NCBI RefSeq assembly: GCF_006345805.1
Contig: NC_043002.1
Location: 86,552,001-86,616,000 of the forward strand
DNA length: 64,000 bases
Direction: 5' to 3'
DNA from: Octopus sinensis
Lineage: Eukaryota
Shown here: in pieces, positions 24,444 to 40,800 of the stretch
Layout of the letters: each line of letters starts with the position of its first letter
Position numbering within the stretch: position 1 is the first letter of the stretch
Made by a program: the position numbers and the translations under genes
Notes under the pieces: generated by a model
The model's database searches: none
What the model was told of the DNA's origin: nothing
Seen by the model: the letters and a program-made list of their open reading frames with translations, nothing else

Positions 24444-27400
24444 TCAAATGGCTCCTTAAAAATAGTTGACAGCTTTTGTTATTTAGATGACCTAAGTAGT
24501 ACTAGTAGAAATGTAAGTTTTCTGAAAACATAAGCCAGGGTTAGAAAACATGCAGGCAGTTATTATATATTAATAAATGATTTTATAAAGAAAATATCAA
24601 TCAAAGCTACAACTTACTCCAGAGCAGCAGTTAGCAGCCTCCCACCCCACCCCTCCAATATTCTGAAATAAAATTACTTTTAGACATCAATCTTTTTTGT
24701 ATTATTGAAAAACAATTCAATAAATAAGCTTCAAAATTAGACTTTTAAATGAAGTAATTAATATTAAATATGCATTGTTTCTACTTGCCCTTTTACATTC
24801 TATTTTCACATGTGAAATATTTTTTTATGAAATATTACGATACAATGTTATAAGGGAAGGGAACAAACATCCCATGAGAGAAAAGCCACAATTAGGTTTT
24901 GCTTAAATTGTATTTTATTGTGCCGGTGGCACATAAAAAGCACCAACCGATCGTGGCCGCTGCTAGCCTCCCCTGTCACCTGGGCCGGTGGCATGTAAAA
25001 AGCACCCACTACACTCACGAAGTGGTTGGCGTTAGGAAGGACATCCAGTTGTAGAAACACTGCCAGATTAGACTGGAGCCTGGTGCAGCCTCCTGGCTTC
25101 CCAGATCCCGGTCGAACCGTCCAACCCATGCTAGCATGGAAAACAGACGTTAAACGAGGATGATGATGACACAAAATGATTGAACTAAACCAGTTTTTCA
25201 ACCATTTTACTCTTGGAGAACCTTTGGAATGCATTCCTTGTCTCAGAGAATCATTCCAAAAACATTAAATTTTTTCTTTCTCTTTCAAAGTTATATTTCA
25301 TCATAAAACAAAGTCTTTGAAAACTTTGGCTGTAACAAATCCATTAGATGTCACAAAGAAGATTTTAAAACTTTTGTCTTAACCAAGGCTTTTTTAAAAT
25401 CAAATTTCTTAAAGAGTCTCCAATCTTCCCTATCTCTACTGATGACAAGATTTTCCTACCTTAATGAATACACCATGAGTGAATCATAAAATTATGAACA
25501 TAGAATTAAACAAAGTAATTAAAAAATGGTATATAATTAGCCTATTATAATTATTTCTTGAGGAACCTTTAATGACTTCTCTTGGGAACCATAGCGAATT
25601 GTAGAAAACAGTGACTGCATGGAAACCCTAATACTTTCTTGTGGAAACTATAGTGACTTCTGGAACCTTGGTTGGGAAGTGCTGAAGTAAACTGCCTAAA
25701 ACTGCAACTCTTTGCAGTACCATATCCTGTAATCTAAAGACCTATGGAATGATCTATTTTAGTATTGCTAATATTCAACATTATCATTATAAATGAACAT
25801 ATAAGTAATATCAAAATGCAGAATAATTGAAAACAGAAAAAAAAACCCCACATATTCCTATAACCTATTTAAAGCACAGAAAATACTCACCTTTTGATTA
25901 GAAAGAAGAACCTCATCAGCTGATTTTGTAATGCTCTTGAAAAAACCTCCAAGCTTCTCTTTCTTATTTTTGCCTCTGACACTTAGCTAAAAATATAAAA
26001 TAATATATTCAAAAAATACACTGGATATAATGACATAATCAAGAATGTTAAACATATTTTGGAGCTCATTTGTGTCATTTCGCTAAAATGAGTGTCTTCA
26101 ATTACATTTTACTAGAGGTTTCATAAAGTTATAAATTTAATTCCTAAATATTACAAACCATTATCCAGAAGACAGAAAACTAAAAGAACAAACAAAATAG
26201 ATCATGCAACAGTTTTAATTTAGATAAGAGAATCAAAAACAGATCAAAGATTGTGGCAGATACACTCCTCACTGAATGAGATGCTGGAGCAATGTGAAAT
26301 GAAGTGTCCTGCCCAAGAACACAATACATGATCAGGTCCAGGGACCGAAACCACAATATTACACTCCTGAATGCAACACCCTAACAACTAAGCTGTGTGA
26401 CTCCACAGATAAAAGACTACTAAGTAGATAATTAGGTGCAAGCATGAGTGTATGGGGTTCACTTTGTTGTCACATGGTCTTAAGTTCTATCTCAAAGTGT
26501 GGTGTCTTGGGCAAGTTTCTTCTACTTTGTATTTGTAACCTACCAATGCCTTGTCTAACTCGAAAATTCTATGGAAACCAGTTGTATGAATATGTACATT
26601 CATATATGTATGTGTGTGTCAATGAAAATAGTTGCAGTCTTCATTTCTGCAGAAGCATTGCATATAAAAAGGAATTTTCTTAACATTCCTTGTAAATAAA
26701 TTGCTTTCTAGCTCTGCACTTTGAAAGATACATAGAAAGGAGAACTGATTGCAAAATGATAACTCAATATATATTTGCCCAATCCATGCTAACATAAAAA
26801 AAAAGATGGACATAAAATTAATAATAAATTAACTTTAATACAACACTGTAGTAAAAAAAAAAAAAAAGTTGCATTAATATTCTGATGAAATTAATAAATT
26901 TTTAGGGAACTTACATCTTGGCTGTATTCCAGAAAGACTTGGAAATTTACGTCCCCACGAAGTGTTGGGTGAGCAGCTAATCTTTGCAAAAATACTTCAT
27001 GCATAGCAACAGTCTTTTTAAACGTAGCTAAGTATTCTCTGCAAAATAGACAATACATAAACCTGAATATAGAAACTGATATTCTAAAGAGATCGATAAC
27101 TGTATAACTGGTTATCTGTTAAAAATCAATATTTTGAAACTAGTACTCCTAATTGTCATTAAAAGCGAATCTTAATTAGTTATTCCTTAAGTATTTGACA
27201 ATTTAAAATACATGAAAGTCAAATAAACATAGGTGCAGGTGTAACCATATGGTAAAGAAATTTACTTTGCAACCAAGTGATTCTTGATTAATCACACAGA
27301 GCAGCACTTTGGACAAGTATCTTCTATAGAAGATGCAGGTTGACCAATAACAAATGTGCAGAAGTGCATGTGCTTTGGTATGTTAAGCTGCATCCCTTTA

Positions 27401-30400
27401 TGCCAAATAATAAAACCCAGGCCATTTGACAGATCTATAAAATAAGTATCATCACCATCATTATTTAACATGTTCTCCATACTGGCATAAGTTGAACAGT
27501 TTGACAGGGCTGGCCAGCCAGAAAGCTGCCGAGGCTTCATTTGTCTGTTTTGGCATGATTTCTACAGTTGGATGCCCTTCCTAACACCAACCAATAGACA
27601 GTGTGCTGGATGCTATTTACATGGCACCAGCATGAGTGCTATCCACATGGTGCTGACATGGGCCATAAAAAACTTGCTTGTATGCATGAATGGTCAATTT
27701 TACTCAGCTTCACATATCTTACCACAACAAATTGAATACTAGAATCAATGTCATCATCATTATCCAGTGTGCTGTAGCCACAAAGGGCTGTTGGCAACTT
27801 GGTTTTCATAATTTGGGGCTAATAGTTTACGAGGTGCCACTCTGCAGTAGACACAACCCATTTAGCTTCAGCTGAATCATCTGCCCAATGACAGAATGTG
27901 CTATAATTTTAAAACGTTGACTCCAACCGCCTAACCAATAGGGTCACTATAACTGACTAAAACCCATAAATATCAATATCTAGCATGCCCACAGTCTAAT
28001 GACTGAAATCAGTAAAAGAATAAACAATATTTGGACCTTAAGCATATTTATGGGGTGATAGCAATATGAGGAATGTCACATATTTTCTCATCATGAACAA
28101 AACATAGGTTACAATTTCACACCCACTTTCAATTGACTTTCATATCAGATCGTTGTCACCATTGTTTTAATATGCACTTTGCCCTGTTGGTAAGGGTCAA
28201 ACAAAACTTACTGAGGTAGTTTCTCAACAGCTGGATGCTCTCCCTGTTACCAACCCTCACTTGCTTCCAAGGTGCTATTTCTCCTAATGGGGAAGAGCAG
28301 CAGCATTTCAAAAAGCCAGGGAAACTATTATCTTGCTTGGAAACAGGTAAGGGCTGGCAACAGAATGGGCATTAGGTTGTAGAAAATCTGCTTCAAACTA
28401 TGTCCAACCCAAGCAAGCATGGAAAAGTGGATATTAAACTGATGATGAAGGAAAGACTAGAATAAGAAAGAACAAGCTTTACATACGCTTCTAGTTCTTG
28501 TTTCATCTTAGTAAATTCTTCTTTTGTCATGTTACCTTCCCCTTCCCCCAGTCTTTGTAACTTCTCTCGAGAGGCATCAAAGTCTGGCCGTGGAGGGGCA
28601 GGAGGAATCTGAAAGAAAAGGAATTGCCATTTGGGGTTTTGTTAAAATAAAATACAAATATATCATCAATATTTTAAAATTCATAGCCATACAATAGCTT
28701 TTGTTTTTCCTGAACTGTATCCAAAACTTACCCAAATTTCATCAGCTAGCTGTCACAACATGCATCCTAATATTCAGAACCCTACTCAATTAACCTTATA
28801 CATCGTTGCCTGAGCAATAATAATAAATATCCTACATGCACCATCCTAGTGACCATGATCACCAGTAAAACATTTGACTCCATTTGATTATACTAACCTC
28901 AGCACTTTAATACTTACTCAACACCACAGGGACAAAATAACTTTACCATAAAGGGAGATAATTTTGTTGGAACTAAATACTGTAAGGCATTTTTGTGCAT
29001 TCTTATTCTCACACTCCCACATTCACTCGCTTACTCACTCCCCACTCCCTGACATCAAGTGTATTCTCCCAAACACTGCTTTCCTCTAACAGATACACAC
29101 ACGTGTCAGTAACTAAACCAATAAATCAATGTTATGATTTCATACTGGTTAACAGCAGCAATTTTGCACGTTATTATTTAAAAAAAAAATAAAATAAAAT
29201 TATTATTATTATTGTTATTATTTAGTTACAAGTCAGTCCAGCTTGAACACACTTATAAGCAGAGCCATTCCATTTATTACCATACTATAATCTTGTGTCT
29301 AATACTGCATTGTCCAATGGGTCAATTGAAAAAAAAATCTTAAGGGACTTGGTTGGTCATAGGTAGCAGTTTTCCATGTGTTTTAATTAATCCTTCACGT
29401 ATAATATTGCTTGAGGTCCTGGCTTCTCTTGGGCACCAAAATGTGACCTATGAAAAAGAATTGTGTGTGTGTGTTCATATATGATTCTGTAAGTAAAGTA
29501 TGCATGTGAAAGTGCAAGTTCATATTTTGTACGTCACTGTGTAAGCAAAGCAGTACTTGTCAGCATTCGTTGCAAACATTCTGACCAGTTGCTCTGAGCT
29601 TTCAAAGTCCTATTGGAATATAAAAACACCATACCTGTTGAAACAGGTGAAGAGTGGCAACAGGAAAAACACCAGGCTGAAAAAACTTGCCTCCAATAAC
29701 AACTTGGCAAACTAATGCTAGAGAAAAATGCATGAATTTTCATACCCTAACAGATCTTAGTGGCAGAGATGTAAAAATTAAGACCTACAAAAGCTAATGG
29801 GAGAGGAGGTAGATAATGCTTATTTCTTTATAACCCACAAGGGGCTAAACACAGAGGGGACAAACAAGGACAGACATAGGTATTAAGTCAATTACATCGA
29901 CCCCAGTGCGTAACTGGTACTTAATTTATCAACCCCAAAAGGATGAAAGGCAAAGTCGACCTCGGTGGACTTTGCCTTTCATGCCCAGCATGCTAACGTT
30001 TCTGCCAGCTCGCAGCCTTAGAGGTAGATAATACTGGTACAGCATTGTGAATCATATCAGTCGCAGCATTTGGAAAAAGAGAGAACAGAGAATGTGTGCT
30101 CCCAATGAATTGGAAAGAAATTTCAGTTTGAAGAGAAAAAAAAACTATCTTTCAAGACAAAAATGTCATTTTTGTTTTGTCAAATTCTTTCACTTAACAG
30201 ATGTCACCAACCATTTACTCTACAATTTGCCTAGCAATATAACATACAAATACTTACGACAATGCCAGCATATTCTTCATTTTCAACATAACGGTCATGA
30301 AGCCATATAAATTCTTCATGTTGTCTAACTACAGAAAACTCTGGCTCTTGAAATTGAGGAAGGGTTGTCTGAAAAGAAACAAATTTTAACATCAGTGCCT

Positions 30401-30615
30401 AGTCAGGTAAATGAGAAAAGAAAAAGTTACAACTTCTTTTATTTTAAATCAAGTTTAATAGAATGGCACAAAAAAATTCAATGTAAAAGAGAAAATATCA
30501 AAATACAAAAAAATTTTATCTTGAACAGATAAACACTTTGTTACCTATTTGTGCAACCATATTTTTATTAATTTTCACTTGCCATACTAAATCAAACACC
30601 AAACATATATATATG

Positions 30616-30653
<38 letters not shown>

Positions 30654-33600
30654 TGAGCAAAACGCCCCCCCCCCGGCAATGGACGGTGCTGAGCTGTCAA
30701 ACATTTAAACCAAATTTTCTCAAAACAACTTGTCCAACCATCCCATAGACCTCTCCTTTGAGAAACACTGATTTTCCCCATGGCTTTATCGATCGCATTC
30801 TCACCTAGAATCGATTTTTGTAATTTTTTCAAGACTTATACACGCCCTGATACCGTCGGTATCTACATATCAAATTTGAGTGCAATCAGATGGAGGATGC
30901 CTGAGATCCTAGAAGACACAGACAGAACGGATTTTATATAATATATATATATAACAACCCCAGCTAAACATTAATCCCCCAAAAAATAAAATTAAAGAAA
31001 GGTGCAAAAATATTAGAACCAAAGAACAATACACTATGAAGATGTACAATCACCAGTCCTCTACAAAACCAGTCAATAGCAATAACAATAATAACAACGA
31101 TCAAACTCAAAATAATAACAAGATCTAACTAATATTGGTAAACAAACTAAATATATACACATACATGCACACACACGTTCACTGTAATGCAAATGTTGTA
31201 AGATGTATACAAATATATTTCCATGTTTGCACTATGTGAAATATATATTTTAAAAAGAGGAAACTTTATCTGGAATAGAGCACTACACTGGGTACAACAG
31301 ATAGCTATATTTAAAAAAATGATAGTATACTGAGTTTCATCTCATTGATCACTACAGTCATAATCAGTTAAAGATAAAACTTCAAGTAGAATTTATATAT
31401 TATATAGGATATGAGGCATAGGTCTTATCAGAGAGCTTGTTCTTTCTCAGTCCTAGATTAGTGAAATCTTAATTGTTAATATAAGCTGCCAGTAGTGCAA
31501 GTTATTTTTCACTATTACATAATTCATCTAGTAACTGAGAATCATTTATGTACACATGAATGACTAGCATTGTTCAAGATAAAAGGCTCATCTTAAGTAG
31601 TTTTGTTTATCTTGAGCATTTTTTTTAGTAACTTGACAAAGCCAATATTTTACATGGGTGCACAATCTGGTAAGCAAGAAATATTTAAGAATCCTACTTG
31701 AGAAAAAATTTTTTAAATATCAACAGTGGATTTTATTGATATAGCTAATTAGTATCCAGTTATTTTAATGCTTTGCAGTGAATAAAAATATTTCAACTAA
31801 CTTAACTACTGTTACAGTTAATGGACTTTAGTGAAGAAGAACTTTAAAATATATTACACATCCAAATCAACAATAAATTACCAGAAAAATTTACATTCGT
31901 ATTTAAATGTACAAAAAAATTTTCTTAATTACTAATAACATTAAGAAAATCTAATGATTAAGCAAAAAAATTACACCTTAATTTATTAATTTAGCTATAG
32001 TTTCCACCTTCCATAAATATTTATGTACACATAAGGAATAGCTCCCTTTACATATACAAGCAATCACCAAGAACTGGATGGATTCCATTATTACATCTGT
32101 AATTAAGAAAAGTTACAAAGGTTCATATCTAGCATCAATCAGATGTTTGTCTTAATATTTTATCTAAAACATTATCTATGGTAATAATACTGAAAACACT
32201 GAAAATGTACAATATTTTGATGCACATCGCATAGTAATTTGCAGTTCATTCTTACCAGCCAGCGTAAGGAAAGTCAGTTTTTAATAAAATAAATAGTCTT
32301 TAATGAAGTTGGTCAGAAACCCAGGGAATGCCGCCAGTATAAAATCCAAGAGGAACAGCAATTTTTCTTCTTCTGCCAAACATGTGAGGTTGAAAACATA
32401 ACTGTAACTATTTTTAAATATTTTCTATTCAGCTTTCGGATTTTTAGATAAAGTTTATTGTACAACTGAAAATTTCCCTGCCATTATTTTTTCATTAAAT
32501 ATATACATTAATTTGTTACATTAAATCTTGAGTAAAATAATTAAACAATGAGTAATGTTGAACCACTTTATCATTAATACTATACCTTGCCAGAGGCATG
32601 CCGTGATGACACATGTCATGTCTTCGACATTTTTCTTTTCAATCTGATTTCAGAGAGAGTGGGGGAACCAATACTGGTGCAGGAGTGGTACTTTATTAAC
32701 CCGGAAAAGGTCACTGGCTACCTTTAATATTATTGGAAAATAAAGCTCTTTCTCTAAATTAACTAAAGCTGTCTGTTTACTGTAATCTACTCTAATTCTA
32801 ATCATCTCACTCACTAATAACTTATCGATCAGTGCTGCTTTATCATGTTGAAAAAAATAAATCAAGAAGTAAAAATCACTCCAATCTGTAATGTACACTT
32901 TTGCTCTTGTATACCTGCTACTTTAACAACTCAGAAATGTTCCACATGTCATAATTTCAAATAAATTAACACAAATCTTTATCTGGTTTGATACTCTACC
33001 CACTAAGGACAAGATATCCCCCCAAAATTTTTTTAATGTTTTTAATGAAATGCATTCCGATACAAGGATTAAATTATTTTTATTTCATAAAAGGGAAGAA
33101 AACACAGGAAGAAATATTAAAATTTTAATTTCAATTAAAATAGATGAATTTAGTTTGAATGTCATGTGAAGCCTTACAGATAAACATCTTGAAAAATACA
33201 TATTTCAGTAAATTAAATTTATTGGCAAAATTTTATGAAGTAATTTTTTTTTTGTATAAATATTAACATGCCAGGCACAGGCATGGCTGTGTGGTAAGAA
33301 TCTTGCTTCCCTACCACATGGTTCCAGATTCAGTCCCACTGCATGGCACCTTGGGCAAGTGTCTTCTGATATAGCTTTGGGCCAACCAAAGCCTTGTTAG
33401 ATTTGGTAGATGGAAACTGAAAGAAGCCCATCATGTATATGTTTGTGTGTCATTGTGCCTGTGTTTGTCCCCCCACCCATCACTGCTTGACAACTAGTAC
33501 TGGTGTGTTTACATCCCTGTAACTTAGCAGTTCAGTAAAAGAAACAGATAGAATAAGTACTAGACTTAAAGAATAAGTACTGGGGTCAATTTGTTCAATT

Positions 33601-36600
33601 AAAATTCTTCAAGGTGGTGCTCCAGCATGGCTGCAGTCAAATGACAGAAACAAGTAAAAGAATAAAAGAATGTCATTTCATTTTAAGACCATTTCTTTTC
33701 TCCAAAGCTTCTGGTCGTTATTTAAATGCTTTTAAGCTTGCATACCACTAGAGTTAACTTTTATATATATACTTTTGCTTAACTCATTAGATTGCAGCCA
33801 TACCTGGGCACAGTACTGAATGGTTTTAACTGTTCATATTAACTTTAGTACTTATATTTAAGGCTGCTACTGATTTTAGCAGCTTACATTTAAATTTATC
33901 ACACTACCAAGTTACAGAACATAAACAGAAGCCCCATTTTCTCAAGTGATGTCAGGTATAGACCAGTACTCTGCAACCTTTTTCCACTTTTGGTACACAT
34001 ATCCTTTTCAAAATTTGGTGGCACACGTGAACTAAGAATATAACTAAAAGTATAAGGAAACAAATTATATTCAGGTTACACTGCAGCACACCTAGCATTG
34101 TCTTGTACACCAGTATGCTGTGGCCTACTGGTTGCAGAGCACTAGTAGAGACTAATACATAAACACACACACAATCATTTTTATGTCTACTTTTCAATGC
34201 TTGGGTCTATTCCAATATTTCACATTGGTCAGCCAGAAGCTATAGTGCAAGATGCTGGTCCAAGGTGCTATGCAATAGAATTGAAACCAAGACAAATTGG
34301 TCACAAAGTGAACTTCTTAGCCACACCACACCTCTACTTATATACTAAACAACTAACGACAGAGAAAGAGAAAATTAGCAAAGATTTCAGCAACCAATAA
34401 AACAACTGACAAATACACACACACACACACACATGTGCACGTTTTACTTAAATTGCTAAAGTTCAATTGTTCAAGTCTCAATAGGCAAACAGGAACAATA
34501 GCTGAAATTTTGACCTATTTTCTAGTGATCAATAGTCTGAAAATGTTTCAAGACAGAAGAGAAACGTGTGCTAAGAAAAACAAACTTTTTAACATTAGAA
34601 TTATAGAAGCGATCTCTAAAAACTAATTTTGACCTTGGAACCTGTAAATAAAAGCGTGCATGTATAAACATTTGTATGTTCAGTATTACTGAAAAGCATG
34701 AAAGATATTTGAAAACATACATTCAGATTCCTTACCACATGCCTTATGTTTACTTTGTGATTAAAATAAAGTTTATACTTGAGGAGAGATTCTTTTTAAA
34801 AAAAAGAACTTAAACTGTAAAATGGACATTTTGAAAGTAGTCATAATGTCCAGGGGAGTTGGGAAGAACAAAGTATAGCATTTTCTAAATATAGTCAAGA
34901 GAGAATGTGAATGTAAAGGATGGCTTGTAAGAACCAATTAAAACATAATGAAAGCAAATTAACACTAAATGATATCATGACTGACACATACAAAATGTTA
35001 AATGGTGGTAGTGTGCTAAAAATTACACAAAGCCATCAAAACCATTAGCCAAACTTTAGGTATTATGCAAATCAGTAACAGAGATCAATGTCAACAAGAA
35101 CATAAAAAGTAAGAACAACATACAAGAGAAAAAATATAAAAGATAATAACAACAACAAAAGCAACACTTTTACTCAGAGAAATTCCAAGAGTGTAAAACA
35201 AATGATATGTTACATTTATTGATCTAAAGGCCCTTAACTAAGTTTAATATATTAGAAATATGTTTAAGATTTGTAGCATGAGGTCAAGGCTTAGCAGTTT
35301 TGAATTCTAATTTAAATGCAACTTTTTAGGGAATTTCACAAGCAAAATTGAAGAATTGTTAAGTTAAAACAACTAGAACATAATTAGTACTGTAAAAACT
35401 ATTTATCAAGAGATAACAAACCAGATTTTTGTTGGTAAGATTCTTAATGTGAACTCGTGTTGAAACCAGATTTTTTTTTTGTACCTCAGGAGGGTCATCA
35501 GGCCAATAAATAATACACACAATGGCTCCATTTTGCTTTTATTATTATTAGTCAATTCAATAATCATTTAACCCATTAACTAATGAATTGCTAGATTAAC
35601 CATTTAGCATTTAAACTGGCCATATTTGGCCCAGATATTCTACCTGTTTTATGTTCAAGCTGGCCTAATGTCATTTTAAAAATAAATCACATTGTCAAAA
35701 TCTTGATGTTACAAGATAGTGCAAGGTTAATTCAAAATAAGGTGAACGAACAAGCATTACATTTGACAAAATAATCTGAATGTTAAAGGGTTAATCATTC
35801 AGTTACTCAATCAACCAGCTAGGTTTCAATGCTATTCACAACGTTCATCAATCACAAGCCCTCCCTATTCTAAGTCAAACAATAGGATCCAAGGGAAGTG
35901 GCAATTGTCTGTATTGGCATGAATGAATATAAACAGTTTTAAAAGTGGGATAAATAAATTAACTGTGACAGAAAGGTAAAATGTATTATGTCTGTCCAGT
36001 ATCCTTTGTTAGAGACTTGGGGTTTTCTGAAGGAAATGAATATATTGGTATCATCAAGAAATATCAGTCTCCAATAAAGCATACTACCAAAAACATTAGA
36101 CATTTCCTTCTTATCATGGCAAACCAATTTATCTACGGTTTTCAATAACAAACAAAGCACCAGCTAATTCAGAGTTCAGCAAGAAACTCAATGCAATAAT
36201 AATACATTATTCATAATTACATCAGAGATTTCTCGTAGATTAAGAGAAAAAAACAAACATTTCTAATCTATCAATGTACAACCACAACAATGGCTGGATA
36301 TGAACAGAAATTAACTAGAATTATTTATCTATTTATTTAGAAATGTCTTAGAAATTCTTAATATCAACATTTTATTGATAGTAGCTATAGGTTCATAAAA
36401 ATTTATATCAACCGTTTATAAGAAAAAACAGAAGTGGGCCAGCAGAGACATTGGATCATTAGGCCCCTTTAGTGTTGTCAAGGAAAGTTACCTCTCTAAT
36501 GCTAGTAGTAAATAAAAAAAAAAGCAGCCAGTACACTCAGTAAAGTGGTTGATATTAAGAAATTCATCCAGCTATAAGAAACCAAGTCAAAAACGAGACA

Positions 36601-37843
36601 TGAGCAATATGAAGTTATTTGGGCTATCTAGCTGAATAGTAACTCTAAATATGAGCTAACTCCAACTGTGACAGCCTGTCTGACTCATGGAAAGTAGACA
36701 CAAAACGAGATGATGCACAAGTTATGCTATAGTCAATGTTGATAGCTAATCTTCTATAGTAAAGTGTTAGATGTAACACAATTAAAAGATTAAACAAACA
36801 AAAGTTTAAATTATCTAATGAGAACAATAAAAAGCCAGGGTTGTAAATGGCACTTAATTATTGGGTGCCAAAGTGCCGACCATAATTAGGTTTGATTGTT
36901 ATTAACGGAAAAAGATAGCTTCTTATTCACTGTAATTTGGGAGATAAAATTGAAAGCTATCTGTTGCCTAGACATTTGATATTTCCTTCTTTGTTAATGC
37001 ATACCAATTGTAAACATTTTTTTAAAATCATACAGCTTTACATTCCCTAAAAGAATATATTTTTAATTGATATTTTTTTTTAAACATATCAAGTCTTTAT
37101 AACCTTTGGTCTGATATAATCTAAATGTCTAACTCTTGTCTGCCGATCATAAATTTAGAGGCAAGGTGCCATACAATGCACCTAATTGAAATATGTCCGA
37201 CATTCATGCCAACATTAACTATGTCATCTAATATTCAATAAGTTACTCTTGCTCTCTCGTTCAATCAATACAACAATTTATAAGATGTGCTAGACAAAGC
37301 ACAGAGAGTAATTTTTTTTTCTGTTCCTTAATACAAGACTAAATCATAAAAATTTGCAAATTTGCCTTTCTCATAAAGTTCCCTCGTTTTTTGGTTAAAT
37401 TGAACTGAATTCACATTAAATCAAAATAAAACTGAAGATATTAGTAACATTTATGAATAAAATCATTCACTTCACACAGAAAAAAATACTACCAGAATTG
37501 CTGTGATGTGAAGCAAACTGTCAGAGACAACCATGAAGTAGGTTAGTACTAAAACTAGATATATATGAAAGACTTAGTAAATAAAAATTACAGGTATAAG
37601 GAAAAAAACAAAAAATAAAAAAAGATCAGAACAAAATTCCTAAAAACAACTTATTTTAAATGTTATGATCCTTAATAAAGCCATGTACTGCAGTTGAAAA
37701 AGTTCAAAAACAAGAACGTTTTTGATGAGTTCTCTTCTGATGTCTGACCTTATTTAGTTGCACAGTCCTGATAGGAATTAATGCTATGAAGGAAATGTCA
37801 CAGTTCTTTAAACAGAACAAGTGGAATTATATCAAAAGGTCAA

Positions 37844-37880
<37 letters not shown>

Positions 37881-40800
37881 ACTAGGTGAAAAGGAAAAGA
37901 GGTGGGGAAGTTAGAGATTGAATTTAGTCTGGTCTTTAGACTGATTTTAAAACCACTAAAATTGAACTGAAGAACATTTTTTTTTCCAAATTACAAAACC
38001 AACAACTTGATCTAAAGCTATAATTCAACACTCTTGGGAATTTAAGATTAAATACAATTAAACCAGATAATTTTGTGTCATGCTCCAAAAATTAAAATTG
38101 AGGAACATTTTATATGACTGAAAACTTATATAACCAAAGGTTTTACCCTATACTTATCTAGATAAACATCATTGTCATTTAACAACCACTTTCCATGCTT
38201 ATATGGGCTGGACAACACAAAAGATAAGCTTATGTAAACAAAAAAAACTGGGTGAGCTTCCTCTATTTTCAGTTAGAGCCAAACAAAATAGTTCACACAG
38301 AGGAGAAATAGAGATGCAAGAATGGCACTGCTGGGTGAACACCATCCTGTTTTGGGGCAAGTGTGAGATTCTACAGATTTTGCTTTTTGCTGAAACAGCT
38401 GTGGTGCAGCATGAACAATTGCAGGAAAAATCCATGGTCTGAATGCTTGCAACCAGCAAACTCTTTTGACAGAACCAATGAACCAGCTGATTTGATAGGC
38501 CTAATTCCATCGGCTTCCTTTTTAGAGAGATTTGATACAAACACATTAATTATAGTATTATAAAACAATTTTGTTAATTTTCCTTACTTTCCGCTCACAG
38601 GGCATTGGTCAAACTGAGGATACAGAAGGCATTGACTAAGATGCCATCACAGAGGGATCAATGCAGAAACCACATGGTCGCAAAGCTAATTTCTTAATCC
38701 CATACCAAAGATCACACACAAATTATTTTTGAAATCATCATAGAAAATTCAATTGTTGCATGGGATAACACATTGAACATTCAAAAATGCACAAAGAGTG
38801 TTAATTTAACTTAAACAGGCGTAGGAGTGGCTGTGTGGTAAGTTGCTTGCTTACGATCCACATGGTTCCGGGTTCAGTCCCACTGCGTGGCACCTTGGGC
38901 AAGTGCCTTCTACTATAGCCTCGGGCCGACCAAAGCCTTGTGAGTGGATTTGGTAGACAGAAACTGAAAGAAGCCCGTCGTATATATGTATATATGTATG
39001 TGTGTGTATATGTTTGTGTGTCTGTGTTTGTCCCCCCAACATCGCTTGACAACCAATGCTGATGTGATTACATCCCCGTAACTTAGCGGTTCGGTAAAAG
39101 GAGCCCGATAGAATAAGTACTAGGCTTACAATGAATAAGTCCTGGGGTCGATTTGCTCGACTAAAGGCGGTGCTCCAGCATGGCCACAGTCAAATGACTG
39201 AAACAAGTAAAAGAGTAAAAGAGTATCTATTATTTGGTATCAAAATTTTTTGTTACCCAACTGTGACCTGGTCAGAATTATGTCAGTAACAAGGGTGAGT
39301 TGGCACAATGAAAACTTTGATACTAAATAATGTTTGAGTGAAGTAAACAGCTTTTGTAATGGCTGTTATGTATCTTCCATGTGGTAATCGTTTTAGTTTC
39401 AACAGAGTCTCGGATCAAATCACTTGCCTGACAAATACACCTCAAAAAAAATCATAGGAAACTGTTTTATTGAAATTAATTCCAACATACTTCATTTACA
39501 TAACATCCTGCCCCATACAACCAAAAAGCAAAATTTTCTCTTAAATAGATTTGTTGAAAATTTTTTCTATTTAAAATTATTGAAGAATGTCTACTGCAAT
39601 AAAAGTTCTTGGAAGAAAATAATTTCAAAGGTTTTTTTTATTTTTCTTGCAAAAATATAATAATATATAGTTCACATATATGAATGCCAAGTCTGATATT
39701 GATTTTTCAGAAAATCAAAGATCATAGATGAATAAATCTCTATTGTTAAACAATGGAGAAAATGAACTACCAAACTTATTTCAATTTTTTTTTTTTTTTT
39801 CAGCAAATTTATCCTAACAACATCATAATCTCCCACTAAATGTAAAATCAGTCAATCTTAATGTTTCTCGTGTTTTTGCAAACAAATTTGAAGTTATCAT
39901 GATATTAAGTCCTTATTAATAGATGAATAAAATATGATCAAAAATTGATTTTTTTTCCCTCCTTGTAATATAACTTATCTTTCATCTCTTTATCATCATA
40001 TTTATATATCCATATTTTCTAGCATTTTACAGGCATTATTGTGTAATTGAGAAGTTCACTTCCCAAGTGCATAGCTTTCAATCCTACATTGTGACATCTT
40101 GGACAAAATGACCCCAAAATGATCAAAGCTTTGTGAATAGTGGATTTTGGTAGACAGATTCTGATGTGTGGTGGGGGCGTGCATATGCAAGGTGTAGTTG
40201 TAAACAAGTATTACTATCATACAAGCAGTGTCCTTCTTACCTAATCTTATGTGAATAGATGACCAAACATGGGGAAATATTACTTTGCTTAGAAACAGGT
40301 GAAGGCTGGTGATAGGAAGTGCATCTGTTTGTATAAAAATCTGACTCTTGCAAGCATAGAAAAGTGAACATTGAAATGATGATGATATCAGTTAAAATTT
40401 TCTTTTCATCTAACAGTATATTGTTTTTGGTTAACACTTATTCTACATTACACTGATGTGAAATAAAATGATTTTGAATTCCCAATAATCAATTAGGATG
40501 AAAATTATGTTAGAATTCTTGTGAGTTCAATAAGTTATCTAAAATACTAAGTATGCCATTTTCCTAAGGCTTCAGTATATTCTTACTAACCAACTAACTC
40601 TGATAGTGTGATGTATATTAATATGCAATAATTCATTTTAGTATTTTTCTTCAGTTAAGATTTTACCAGTCAGTACCTGAAGCCATCTTTTTTCATAAAT
40701 ATCTGATATTTTATGCAGTAATTTTTATTGATTTAATGTAGTTGATATATAAAAAAAAACAAAACAGTTACATAACTTGTTCTTTAGAAATGTGCAACAA

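Noticed and set aside
32603-32647. Box C (GTGATGA) and box D (CTGA), a possible snoRNA
   Set aside because: Only about 35 nt apart, no terminal stem, and antisense to the host gene.
38817-38895. tRNA-like heads here and at 4240, 21780-21857, 45896, 51370-51443 and 52040
   Set aside because: A/B boxes are present but there is no complete cloverleaf, and each continues into a SINE body and tail; not tRNA genes.
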